Assembly: GCA_963766735.1 (NCBI GenBank)
Contig: CAVYBU010000007.1
Coordinates: 352,001-416,000, forward strand
Origin: an uncultured Chloroflexia bacterium
GTDB lineage: Bacteria > Chloroflexota > Limnocylindria > Limnocylindrales > CSP1-4
Direction of reading: 5' to 3'
Length of the DNA stretch: 64,000 bases
Part shown: positions 46,263-54,391 of the stretch, in pieces
Numbering within the stretch: the stretch's first letter is position 1
Layout of the letters: each line of letters begins with the position of its first letter
Translations under genes and position numbers: made by a program
Notes under the pieces: model-generated
Told to the model about the DNA's origin: nothing
Databases searched by the model: none
Seen by the model: the letters and a program-made list of their open reading frames with translations, nothing else

Positions 46263-48113
46263 TCACGGCTCGGCCGTGGCGACGGGCATGTCGACCTGCT
46301 CGCCGGGGGCTTCGACCTGCCCCTCGGGAAGGAGGTACGGCGTGTTGATCGCGTTGTGGGCGATCCGACGGAACAGCTCGAACGACATGACCGGCATCTC
46401 GAGGTGGCCCAGGCGGACCACGGTCGGGGTGCCTTCCTCGATCCGCACCGCCACGACCAGGTCCGGGTGCCCAGCCGCCCGGCCGATGTACCCGACGAAC
46501 GAGTAGTTGAACCGGTTGACCTTCCAGGCACCCTTCTCCGAGTCCCAGATCTGCGCGGTGCCGGTCTTGCCGCCGACCTCGAAGCCCGGGACGAGGGTTC
46601 GGGTGCGGTAGAAGCCCACCTCGGTCACGACGTGGTTCATGAGCTTCTGGAGAGTCGCGGACAGCTTGGCGCTGAGAACGCGCCCGTGGCTGATGGGCAT
46701 GCTCTCGGTCTCGCCGACCGACTTGACCACGCGGGGCTGGACGAGAGTCCCGCCATTCACCATTGCCGCGAAGGCCTGGGCCAGCTGGATCGGCGTCACG
46801 GCGACACCCTGTCCGAAGGCGCCGTTGGCGATGTCGATCTGCCGCCACGGTCGAGTGGCCGGGTCGTTGACGATGCCCGGTACCTCGTTCGCGACGTCGA
46901 TGCCGGTGGCCGCCCCGAACCCGAGCTCGCGCCATTCCCGATACAGCCGCTCCGACGCCTTGGCGGTCGTCTTGCCCAGCTTCAGCCCCACCTTCGCCAA
47001 GACGACGTTGCGCGAATAGGCGATGGCATCCTCGAACGTCATCCAGCCCATCGCCTTGTGGTCGGCATCGTCCACGCGCGCCCGGCCCTTGTCGAGCCTG
47101 AGGGTGCCCGTGTCCTTGAGCTTGGTCTTGATGGTGACCACACCGTCCTGGAGGGCCGCGGCGGCCGTCATCATCTTGAACACCGACCCCGGCTCGTAGA
47201 CCGTGGACACGATCGGGTCGATGAACCTGCCCGGATCCTCCGCGGCGATCGCCTGGTACTGGTTGGCGTCGTACGAGGGGTAGCTGGCGTAGGCATACAC
47301 CTCGCCGGTGTAGGGATCGATCACCACTGCCGAGACCCGCTTGGCGCGGTCCGCGATCCAGGTGGCCAGCAGCTCCTGCTCCACCGCGACCTGCAGCGTG
47401 GCATCGATGCTGAGCGTCAGGTCCTGGCCCGGGTAGCCGGTCTCCAGCACCACCGAGGTGTCCGGGACCACGTTGCCACTGGTGTCCTTCTGGGCGGCGA
47501 CCAGCGTCGGCAGCCCGGCCAGCTCGTCCTGGTAGAACTGCTCAATCCCATACTGACCGGCGCCCTCGCGATTGACGAAGCCCAGCAGGTGGGCCGCCAG
47601 CGTCGTCTCCGGTCCCCCACCCGGCTGCGGCGAGAGCCGCACCTGCTCGGGCTCGAGAAGCAGGCCCGAGAGCGCCGGGTCCTTGCCGATGCTCGCCGCG
47701 CGGATCCGGTCCGAGGTATCCGGGCCCAGGCCGCGGGCCAGCACGGTGTAGTCCTTCTCGGACGTCATCCGGCCGGTGAGGGTGGCGGCCGCGTCGTCGG
47801 TGAGGCCCAGTATCTTCACGAGGTTCGCGGCCACCTGCGCCCGGCGTTGGGGTGTGAGGCGACTCGGGTTCGCCGCAAGGCGGTCGCGGCTGATGCTCGT
47901 GGCCAGCACCACGGTGCCGGTCCGGTCGTAGATCGAGCCCCGGCTTGCCGGAATCTCGTACGTCATCGACGACTGCTTGACCGCCATCGCGGCGAGGTCG
48001 TCACGCCGGACGACCTGCCAGTACGCGAGGCGCACGCCGAGGCTCCCCGCGACGAGCACGAGGGCGACGAGGAACGCGAGTGCGCGTCCGCGGGAGTCTG
48101 TCCGGCCGAGCAT
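46263..48113 (-). CDS. ftsI: class B penicillin-binding protein (FtsI/PBP3)
   Basis: N-terminal TM, RGSIYDR, GIEQ, YEPGSVFK (SxxK), SRN (SxN), GKTGTAQ. Confidence 0.95.
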   Translation of the reverse strand: MLGRTDSRGRALAFLVALVLVAGSLGVRLAYWQVVRRDDLAAMAVKQSSMTYEIPASRGSIYDRTGTVVLATSISRDRLAANPSRLTPQRRAQVAANLVKILGLTDDAAATLTGRMTSEKDYTVLARGLGPDTSDRIRAASIGKDPALSGLLLEPEQVRLSPQPGGGPETTLAAHLLGFVNREGAGQYGIEQFYQDELAGLPTLVAAQKDTSGNVVPDTSVVLETGYPGQDLTLSIDATLQVAVEQELLATWIADRAKRVSAVVIDPYTGEVYAYASYPSYDANQYQAIAAEDPGRFIDPIVSTVYEPGSVFKMMTAAAALQDGVVTIKTKLKDTGTLRLDKGRARVDDADHKAMGWMTFEDAIAYSRNVVLAKVGLKLGKTTAKASERLYREWRELGFGAATGIDVANEVPGIVNDPATRPWRQIDIANGAFGQGVAVTPIQLAQAFAAMVNGGTLVQPRVVKSVGETESMPISHGRVLSAKLSATLQKLMNHVVTEVGFYRTRTLVPGFEVGGKTGTAQIWDSEKGAWKVNRFNYSFVGYIGRAAGHPDLVVAVRIEEGTPTVVRLGHLEMPVMSFELFRRIAHNAINTPYLLPEGQVEAPGEQVDMPVATAEP

Positions 48114-48128
48114 GGGGATGATGCGCGC

Positions 48129-48512
48129 CTAGGGAGCGCTGACGATGACGGGCTCGGGCAATGGCCCGAAGCCAGCCCCGATGGCCAGCTTCCGGACCGC
48201 GGGCGCCTTGCCCAGCCGGTTGAGCTCGTTGCGCAGGTCCTGGGCGCGCGCCTCCATACGCATCTGCTGAGTGGCGAGCCGATCCATCTCGTAGCCGGTT
48301 GCGGACACGCGGATGTCCTGCGAGAGAGAGAAGAACGCCCCGGCAAAGGCGATGACGATCGCCGACAGCAGGAGGGCCATGCGAGAGGGGCCTCGACGGG
48401 CGCGGACGGCCGCGCGCGCACGACGGCGGGGCAGCGCCGGCGTCGCAATCTCGACGCGCGGGCGGCGGGGCAGGACGACCGTGCGCTGGCGCGCACCCTG
48501 GTAGACGGCCAT
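48129..48512 (-). CDS. FtsL-like septum protein
   Basis: Basic N-terminus, one TM, heptad coiled coil; directly upstream of ftsI. Confidence 0.7.
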   Translation of the reverse strand: MAVYQGARQRTVVLPRRPRVEIATPALPRRRARAAVRARRGPSRMALLLSAIVIAFAGAFFSLSQDIRVSATGYEMDRLATQQMRMEARAQDLRNELNRLGKAPAVRKLAIGAGFGPLPEPVIVSAP

Positions 48513-48515
48513 CGC

Positions 48516-48713
48516 TCAGTCGCCCAGGGCGAAGTGCAGCCGTGCCGAGCGCGGGTCGAGGAATGCGAACCGGTCCGCGAGGGCGGTCGGGGCAACGTCG
48601 TCGAACACCGGCTCGACCGCGTCGGGCTGGTAGTCGCGCTGACGGCGCTCGGCCAGCTCGTGCTGGCGGCGGCCGTAGTTCTTGCGGCGGTTGGACTGGT
48701 GGCGCTTGCTCAC
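48516..48713 (-). CDS. hypothetical 65-aa protein within the dcw cluster
   Basis: GGAGGAGGAG RBS + GTG; MSKRHQSNRRKNYGRRQHEL...LHFALGD; G/C-rich third positions; stop 3 nt before the ftsL-like ATG. Confidence 0.7.
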   Translation of the reverse strand: MSKRHQSNRRKNYGRRQHELAERRQRDYQPDAVEPVFDDVAPTALADRFAFLDPRSARLHFALGD

Positions 48714-48820
48714 GGGACTCCTCCTCCGTGGGCGAGGGGCCGGCCCTGGGGCCGGTATCGACGGGTCATGGCGTCGGCGCGTCGCTCGGTGTCGGGCTGT
48801 CTCCTCTTGTTGGCGATGAC

Positions 48821-49765
48821 TCAGGCGGCGAGCCGCTCGGCGGCCCGCAGGCGGGCACTCCGGGCCCTGGGGTTGGCGTCGATCTCCGCCTCGGTCGGAG
48901 TCAGCGAGGGGCGAGTAACGAGCCGGAGGCGCGGCGTCTTGCCGCACACGCACACCGGCACCTGGGGCAGGCAGACGCAGCCGCGCCGCTCCGCCGCGAA
49001 GAAGTGCTTGACGATCCGGTCCTCGAGCGAGTGGTACGAGAGGACGACAAGACGACCGCCGGGCCGCAGCAGGTCAACCGCGGCGACGAGGCCTTCCTCC
49101 AGCGCTTCCAGCTCCTCGTTCACGGCGATACGGAGCGCCTGGAAGACTCGCGTGGCCGGGTGGGTGCGCCGGCGCACGCGCGGGTTGACGGGCACGACGC
49201 GTTCGACCAGGGTGGCGAGATCCTCGGCAGTCCGGATTGGAGCCGTGGGGCGAGTGGTGGCGATCGCCTTGGCGATCTTCCAGGCCGCCGGCTCCTCGCC
49301 GTACCGTCGGAACAGGGTTGCGAGCCCGTCGGCGTCCAGCGTCGCGAGCAGCTCGGCGGCGGGGACACCCCGGCTGGCATCGAAACGCATGTCAAGGGGA
49401 CCGCCGGCGCGGAACCCGAAACCGCGTTCCCGGTCGGCCAGCTGGTAGGAGGACAGCCCGAGGTCGAAGAGAAGGCCGTCCACGGCTCCGAACCCGGCCG
49501 CAGGTGCCACCTCGGCGAGCTCGCGGAAGTTCGCACGGCGCAGCACGAGGCGGTCACCGAACCGCTCAAGGCGGAGGGCGACCCGGTCGATCGCGGCCTG
49601 GTCGGCGTCCAGCCCAAGGACGCGACCATCAGGGCTGGCGGCCTCCAGGATCCGCTCGGTGTGCCCACCGCCGCCGACCGTCGTGTCGATCTGGAGGCCG
49701 CCGGCGCCCGGAGCGAGCGTCGCGATGACCTCCTCCGGCATCACCGGCAGGTGCCCTGCCTCCAT
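48821..49765 (-). CDS. rsmH: 16S rRNA m4C1402 methyltransferase
   Basis: HLPVM, DTTVGGGGHT, DLGLSSYQL, PLDMR, FQALRIAVNEEL, YHSLEDRIVK, NPRARSARLR. Confidence 0.97.
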   Translation of the reverse strand: MEAGHLPVMPEEVIATLAPGAGGLQIDTTVGGGGHTERILEAASPDGRVLGLDADQAAIDRVALRLERFGDRLVLRRANFRELAEVAPAAGFGAVDGLLFDLGLSSYQLADRERGFGFRAGGPLDMRFDASRGVPAAELLATLDADGLATLFRRYGEEPAAWKIAKAIATTRPTAPIRTAEDLATLVERVVPVNPRVRRRTHPATRVFQALRIAVNEELEALEEGLVAAVDLLRPGGRLVVLSYHSLEDRIVKHFFAAERRGCVCLPQVPVCVCGKTPRLRLVTRPSLTPTEAEIDANPRARSARLRAAERLAA

Positions 49766-49826
49766 CACTCCTCCACGGTTCGGTTGCGGATCCCGAGCGG
49801 ACCCTGGAAGCGCATGTCGTGCGACG

Positions 49827-50255
49827 TCAGATCCCCAGCCCGGCGATGGCCTGCGCGAAGGCATCCGGGTCGTCGAGGCTCTCGCTGTAGGTATCCCAGC
49901 GGGCTGGCGCCCAGATCTCGGCGTGGTCCCGGGAGCCCAGGACCATCGCCTCGTCCTCGAGGCCTGCGAACGCGCGGAGCCCCTGCGGGACGAGCACCCG
50001 GCCCTGCCGGTCGAGCTCCGTCTCGAAGGCCCCGGCGAACAGCTGGCGCTGGAGCAGGCGAGCGTTCGAGTCGGTCATGGGCAGGCTCCCGACCTTCGCC
50101 GAGAGCTCCTCCCACGCCGCCATCGGGAAGATCGCGAGACAGGTGTCCAGCCACCTCGCGACCACGGCCCCGCCGTCGAGCTGCGCGCGGAAGCGTGCGG
50201 GGACGGCGATGCGCCCCTTCACGTCTACCGCGTGCCGGTACTCGCCGGTGAACAC
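49827..50255 (-). CDS. mraZ: division/cell wall cluster transcriptional regulator MraZ
   Basis: FTGEYRHAVDVKGRIAVPARFR, ELDRQGRVLVP, DHAEIW; 142 aa. Confidence 0.96.
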   Translation of the reverse strand: MFTGEYRHAVDVKGRIAVPARFRAQLDGGAVVARWLDTCLAIFPMAAWEELSAKVGSLPMTDSNARLLQRQLFAGAFETELDRQGRVLVPQGLRAFAGLEDEAMVLGSRDHAEIWAPARWDTYSESLDDPDAFAQAIAGLGI

Positions 50256-50329
50256 CGATCCGCCTCTCCCTGACGTCGTGTGGCGCCGATGGTGGTTCGT
50301 CCTGGGGAAGGGCTCCGGCGACCGGATGT

Positions 50330-50358
50330 TCCCCACTTCCCACCACTTTGCGCCACTC
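50330..50358 (-). promoter_or_regulatory. MraZ-binding direct repeats (3 x AGTGG, 10-bp period)
   Basis: AGTGGCGCAA AGTGGTGGGA AGTGGGGAAC just downstream of the dcw promoter; matches GTGG/TGGG MraZ boxes known from B. subtilis and E. coli. Confidence 0.8.
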
Positions 50359-50363
50359 CGGGC

Positions 50364-50391
50364 ATTCTAGCGCCCGGAACCGGCACGTCAA
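50364..50391 (-). promoter_or_regulatory. dcw promoter TTGACG-16bp-TAGAAT
   Basis: Near-consensus sigma70 boxes directly upstream of the MraZ repeats. Confidence 0.75.
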
Positions 50392-50576
50392 TGGCGAAAT
50401 CGCAGATGTGCGGCGGGAATCGCCAGATCCAAGGGATACGAGGTCGGAATCGGGTCCTCGGGCGGCCGTGAGCGGCGCCGGCGGGCGTGCGGCCCGTGCC
50501 GCGCGATGTAGCGCGAGTCAACGGGACCTGCGGCAGCGGCCACCAGCCGGCGATCCGCGGGTCTTCGGGCCGACAT

Positions 50577-50656
50577 CGTGGCCTCTGACGCCACGGAGCG
50601 ACCAGGCCTGCGGCGGATCAGGCCCTCCAAGCCGAATTCGTGGCGTCTGACGCCAC
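50577..50656. repeat. two copies of the palindrome CGTGGC(C/G)TCTGACGCCAC, 62 bp apart
   Basis: 50577-50595 CGTGGCCTCTGACGCCACG and 50639-50656 CGTGGCGTCTGACGCCAC. Confidence 0.6.
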
Positions 50657-50675
50657 CGGCGTGACTAGAGCGGGC

Positions 50676-51506
50676 CTACCTCGTGGGCGGCGGCATCCGG
50701 ATCGAGTCACCCGCTCGCAGGCGGGTCCCCGGGTATTGCGGGTTCCACGAGTAGATGGTCGTCAGGGAATGGCCGAAGTAGTTGGCGATGCTGAAGAGGT
50801 TGTCGCCGGATCGGACGCGGTAGATCCAGCACTTGTCCCGGTCTGCGCACGGCTTCAGGAGGGCGTATCGGGTGCTGGTGGGCGTAGCCGCAGGCGTGCC
50901 CGTGGGAGGCGGCGTTGCGGTCGGTGCCGGAGTTGCGGTCGGTGCCGGAGTTGCCGGAGGAGTAGGAGCCGCAGTCGGTGCCGGAGTCGGCGAGGCTTCC
51001 GGGATCGGCGTCGCCGGGACGGTCGGTGGGGCTGCCGTGGCCGCCGTGGAGGGCGCCGGTGCCACCACACCGGCGAGGTCCGTGGGGGTCGCCTCTCCCC
51101 CGACGACAGGCAGGTCGATTCCACCACGCTGGACCACGAACCCGAATGAGATCCCTGCGCTGAGGACCAGCACGAGGAGCGCGGCCAGTGTTGCCCGCGG
51201 CACCGCGATCTGGCGACGAGAGGGAGGGTTCTCCGGCACGACCAGGGTCCCCTTGAGGAATCGGGGGCAGTCGACGTGCGCTGCGCGGAGGCAGACCAGC
51301 TCTTGCTGACGGGATGCCTGCGGCCGGGGGGCGCCGATGGCGACACACCGGTTATCGTCGTCCGGCTCGCGACGTGGGACCAGGAGGTTGCCGTCCAACT
51401 CTCGCCGGAAGAACGGGCAGACGGACGGGTCCGGCGATCGCGCTGCGTCGTCCATCATCGGCAAGGCCGCCCGCATCCCGCCGGACACGACGCCCTCGTC
51501 GGGCAC
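50676..51506 (-). CDS. membrane-anchored LysM-domain protein with Cys/His-rich N-terminal domain
   Basis: CPFF..NRC..CL..H..CPRF, TM helix, Pro/Thr/Ala linker, LysM YRVRSGDNLFSIA...IYSWN...LRAGDSIRMP. Start uncertain. Confidence 0.85.
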   Translation of the reverse strand: MPDEGVVSGGMRAALPMMDDAARSPDPSVCPFFRRELDGNLLVPRREPDDDNRCVAIGAPRPQASRQQELVCLRAAHVDCPRFLKGTLVVPENPPSRRQIAVPRATLAALLVLVLSAGISFGFVVQRGGIDLPVVGGEATPTDLAGVVAPAPSTAATAAPPTVPATPIPEASPTPAPTAAPTPPATPAPTATPAPTATPPPTGTPAATPTSTRYALLKPCADRDKCWIYRVRSGDNLFSIANYFGHSLTTIYSWNPQYPGTRLRAGDSIRMPPPTR

Positions 51507-51733
51507 GTTTGCTGCGGGGTCGCTGCCGGCGACCGCCGCGGGCTCCTCGTTCAGCTCGAATCCTCCCGGCGAGACGGCAGACGATCTCCCACCTGCGGCG
51601 AGTCTAGTACCTCCGGCCTGTTGCCGAGGCGGAATCCATGGTGGTAGGCTGCGCCTCCGCCGCCGCGCGATGCGCTGCAGCGGGACTACAGTAGGAGTCG
51701 TCCATCCCGTTCGGAGGCAGCCAGCCGCATTCC

Positions 51734-51988
51734 ATGGCGCTCCAGCTCACCGTGCCGGCCATCGCTCAGGATCTCGCCCAGGACGCTTCGCGCCTTGCCC
51801 CGCACCGAATCAAGCGCTGCACCTTCCGGCGCCTGATCTCGCTGGACCGACCCCAGGAGCGCATCTACGAGGTCGAGTGCCTGTACCCGGATCGCACGGT
51901 GCCGATACCGCTGGGCGACCTGGACAGCAGCCTGCCGATCTGCAACACGTGCACGGCGGCGCACATCTTCCGAGCGGACGAGGACTGA
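51734..51988 (+). CDS. hypothetical 84-aa protein with four cysteines
   Basis: GGAGG and TACAGT upstream; RCTFRR...VECLYP...ICNTC...FRADED; coding-like codon usage. Confidence 0.7.
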   Translation: MALQLTVPAIAQDLAQDASRLAPHRIKRCTFRRLISLDRPQERIYEVECLYPDRTVPIPLGDLDSSLPICNTCTAAHIFRADED

Positions 51989-52069
51989 CCCCGGCATCGC
52001 AGCGGCGCTCTTGGCCACGGCCAGTCCCTCGGGAGGACAATCCGCGGCATCGGCGCCAACTCGGGTGAG

Positions 52070-52421
52070 GCGCCAGCGAGGCGGCCTGTAAGCCGAGTTC
52101 TGTACCGCGGCTCGCGCCGCGGTGACGGTCATCCATCTGGGGCCGCCGGTTGCCCGACGGCTCATGCAGCCGACCCGAGGGCTGGGCAGCGCACCTCTCC
52201 CCCCGGCGAACCGGGGTTGCGCCCTCCTATTTGGCCTTGCTCCGGGTGGAGTTTGCCGCGTTTCACTCCGGCCCCGAAGGGCCGGCATCGTCACTGTGGC
52301 ACTGGTCCTCGCCTCACGGCGGACGGGCGTTACCCGCCACCCTGCGCTGGGGAGCTCGGACTTTCCTCACGCCGCCCGGTTGCCCGGCCGACGCGCGACC
52401 ATCCGGCCGCCTCGCTGGCGC
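52070..52421 (-). ncRNA. rnpB: RNase P RNA (type A-like)
   Basis: GAGGAAAGTCC and ACAGAACTCGGCTTA (P4 halves), GCCACAG, GAGCAAG; 17-bp P1 GCGCCAGCGAGGCGGCC closes the ends; TACACT -10 at 52426-52431. Confidence 0.96.
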
Positions 52422-52505
52422 ACCCAGTGTAGGTCAACCGATCGACGAGCCCCCGGACCGGATCTCCGGTACCCCGACTGGTGGGACATGTGCTGGCACC
52501 GCCGG

Positions 52506-53135
52506 CTACAGGAGGCCCCGGACGACCTCGGCCACGGCCCGCCCGAGGACCCCGTGGGAGACGGCGTTGAGATGCACCCCGTCAGCCGGATCGCCGCTCA
52601 CCAGCGCCGACGCGTCCAGGAACGCGACGTCCCTCATCTCCGCCACAACCGCATACAGCCGCGGCAGGCGGTCGCTCGCGGCCCGCGCCGCCCCGAAGCC
52701 CCACAGCTCGGAGCGCTCCGTGGTCGTGCCGAGGCGCGGCGGCGCCAGCAGGAGCACGGTCGGCGGTCCCCCACCGGGACCCGCGCCGGATGCGAGCGCC
52801 AGGTCGATCAAGGCCCCCACGGCCGTGGCGATCTCGTGCGGCTGCCGGCCGAAGATCGACTTCAGGTCGTTGGTGCCGAGCATCAGCACCAGGACGTCGA
52901 CCGGCGCGTGGGACCGCAGGCACGGGAGCAGGTAGGGCCTGCCGTTCCGCCCACCCATGAACGGGTCGTCCCAAAGCGTCGTCCGGCCGTTGAGGCCCTC
53001 CTCGATCACCTCGGCAGCACCGGCGAGCTCGGCAGCGAGCACCCCCGGCCACCGGACGTCCCGCGGGAAGCGCGCCAGCGTCACGGGTTCGGCGCCGTGC
53101 GTGTTCGAGTCGCCATAGCAGACGACGGTGGCCAT
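52506..53135 (-). CDS. SGNH/GDSL hydrolase (perhydrolase/arylesterase-like)
   Basis: CYGDSNTHG, EEGLNGRTT, MLGTNDLK, DGVHL. Confidence 0.92.
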   Translation of the reverse strand: MATVVCYGDSNTHGAEPVTLARFPRDVRWPGVLAAELAGAAEVIEEGLNGRTTLWDDPFMGGRNGRPYLLPCLRSHAPVDVLVLMLGTNDLKSIFGRQPHEIATAVGALIDLALASGAGPGGGPPTVLLLAPPRLGTTTERSELWGFGAARAASDRLPRLYAVVAEMRDVAFLDASALVSGDPADGVHLNAVSHGVLGRAVAEVVRGLL

Positions 53136-53165
53136 CAGCCTCTCCTCTCCGCGTTGCGTCCCGTC

Positions 53166-53648
53166 TCAGGCCTGCGGCGCCACCCGCCGCGCACGCGCCA
53201 CGCGCATCGGACCGCCGGCAGCGACGCGATCCAGCGCCTCGTTGGCGAGCCGATCTGCCGTTGAATTCTGCGCCCGGGGCACATGCGTCGCCGACCAGCT
53301 CCTGAAGCCGCCCAGCATCACCTTTGCCTCTACCCAAAGGGGCTGCAGCTTCGCGTCCTTCACCCGCCACCGGCCGTGGAGCTGCTCCACGATCAGCTTG
53401 GAGTCCAGGAACATGTCCACCCGCTCGGCGCCCAGGCGCTGGGCGAGCTTGAGCGCTTCCACGACGCCGGTCCACTCAGCCACGTTGTTCGTCTGGTGGC
53501 CGAGCGCCTCGGAGATCGTCGCGTCGGGGGGTGCTGCCGGGTCGAGCGCGTCGGCGCGCGAGCCGTCGATCAGCGCGGCGCCCAGCGATGCCGGGCCCGG
53601 GTTGCCCCGCGCCGCCCCGTCCGTCCGGATGACGAGATGCGGGATCAC
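53166..53648 (-). CDS. rnhA: ribonuclease HI
   Basis: TDGAARGNPGPA, TNNVAEW, DSKLIVEQ, HVPRAQNSTADRLAN (D-E-D-D active site). Confidence 0.92.
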   Translation of the reverse strand: MIPHLVIRTDGAARGNPGPASLGAALIDGSRADALDPAAPPDATISEALGHQTNNVAEWTGVVEALKLAQRLGAERVDMFLDSKLIVEQLHGRWRVKDAKLQPLWVEAKVMLGGFRSWSATHVPRAQNSTADRLANEALDRVAAGGPMRVARARRVAPQA

Positions 53649-53674
53649 GGGCAGCGTGCCCTCGCCCCGAGTGC

Positions 53675-54376
53675 TCAGGCGCGTCGCCCCACGATCGCCG
53701 AGGACACCTCGAGGATCGCCTGGGTGATGTGGATCCCGCGCGGGCAGGCATCCACGCAGTTGAAGATCGTCCGGCAGCGCCAGACGCCGTCCCGGTCGGC
53801 CAGGATCTCGAGCCGCTCTTCTGCGGCGTCGTCCCGCGAATCGAAGATGAACCGGTGCGCGTTCACGATCGCCGCCGGCCCCACGTAGTCGGGCTGCGCC
53901 CAGAAGGACGGGCAGGAGGACGTGCACGAGGCGCACAGGATGCACTTCGTGGTGTCGTCGAACCTGGCCCGGTCCTCGGCCGACTGGCGCCGCTCCCGCT
54001 CGGGCACCGGGTTGTCGTTCTGGAGATAGGGCTGGACGCTCCGGAACTTGGCGAAGAAGGCATCCATGTCCACCACGAGGTCCTTCATCACCGGCAGGCC
54101 AGGCAGCGGGGCAACGGTGATCTTCCTGCCGCCCAGCTGATCGACACGGATCTTGCAGGCGAGCCGGTTCCGGCCGTTGATCAGCATGGCGTCCGAGCCG
54201 CAGACGCCGTGGGCGCACGACCGGCGGAACGTCAGCGTGCCGTCCTGCTCGAACTTGACCTTGTGCAGCAGGTCCAGGACCCGGTCCATCGGGCCGGCCT
54301 CAACCTGGTACGTCTGGACGTGGGGCTTGGAGTCCTTCTCCGGGTCGAAGCGGAGGACGCGAAGCTCGACGGGCAT
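53675..54376 (-). CDS. sdhB: succinate dehydrogenase iron-sulfur subunit
   Basis: RSCAHGVCGSD...LAC, CILCASCTSSCP, CRTIFNCVDACP. Confidence 0.96.
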   Translation of the reverse strand: MPVELRVLRFDPEKDSKPHVQTYQVEAGPMDRVLDLLHKVKFEQDGTLTFRRSCAHGVCGSDAMLINGRNRLACKIRVDQLGGRKITVAPLPGLPVMKDLVVDMDAFFAKFRSVQPYLQNDNPVPERERRQSAEDRARFDDTTKCILCASCTSSCPSFWAQPDYVGPAAIVNAHRFIFDSRDDAAEERLEILADRDGVWRCRTIFNCVDACPRGIHITQAILEVSSAIVGRRA

Positions 54377-54391
54377 CGTTCTCTCCTCCGC

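Noticed and set aside
50914-50990. 18-bp tandem repeats (GTTGCGGTCGGTGCCGGA) suggesting CRISPR or VNTR
   Set aside because: They encode the PTATPA linker of the LysM protein; no spacers and no cas genes.
54180-54225. Asp replacing the third Cys of the SdhB 2Fe-2S motif
   Set aside because: Known normal variant, also found in E. coli SdhB.
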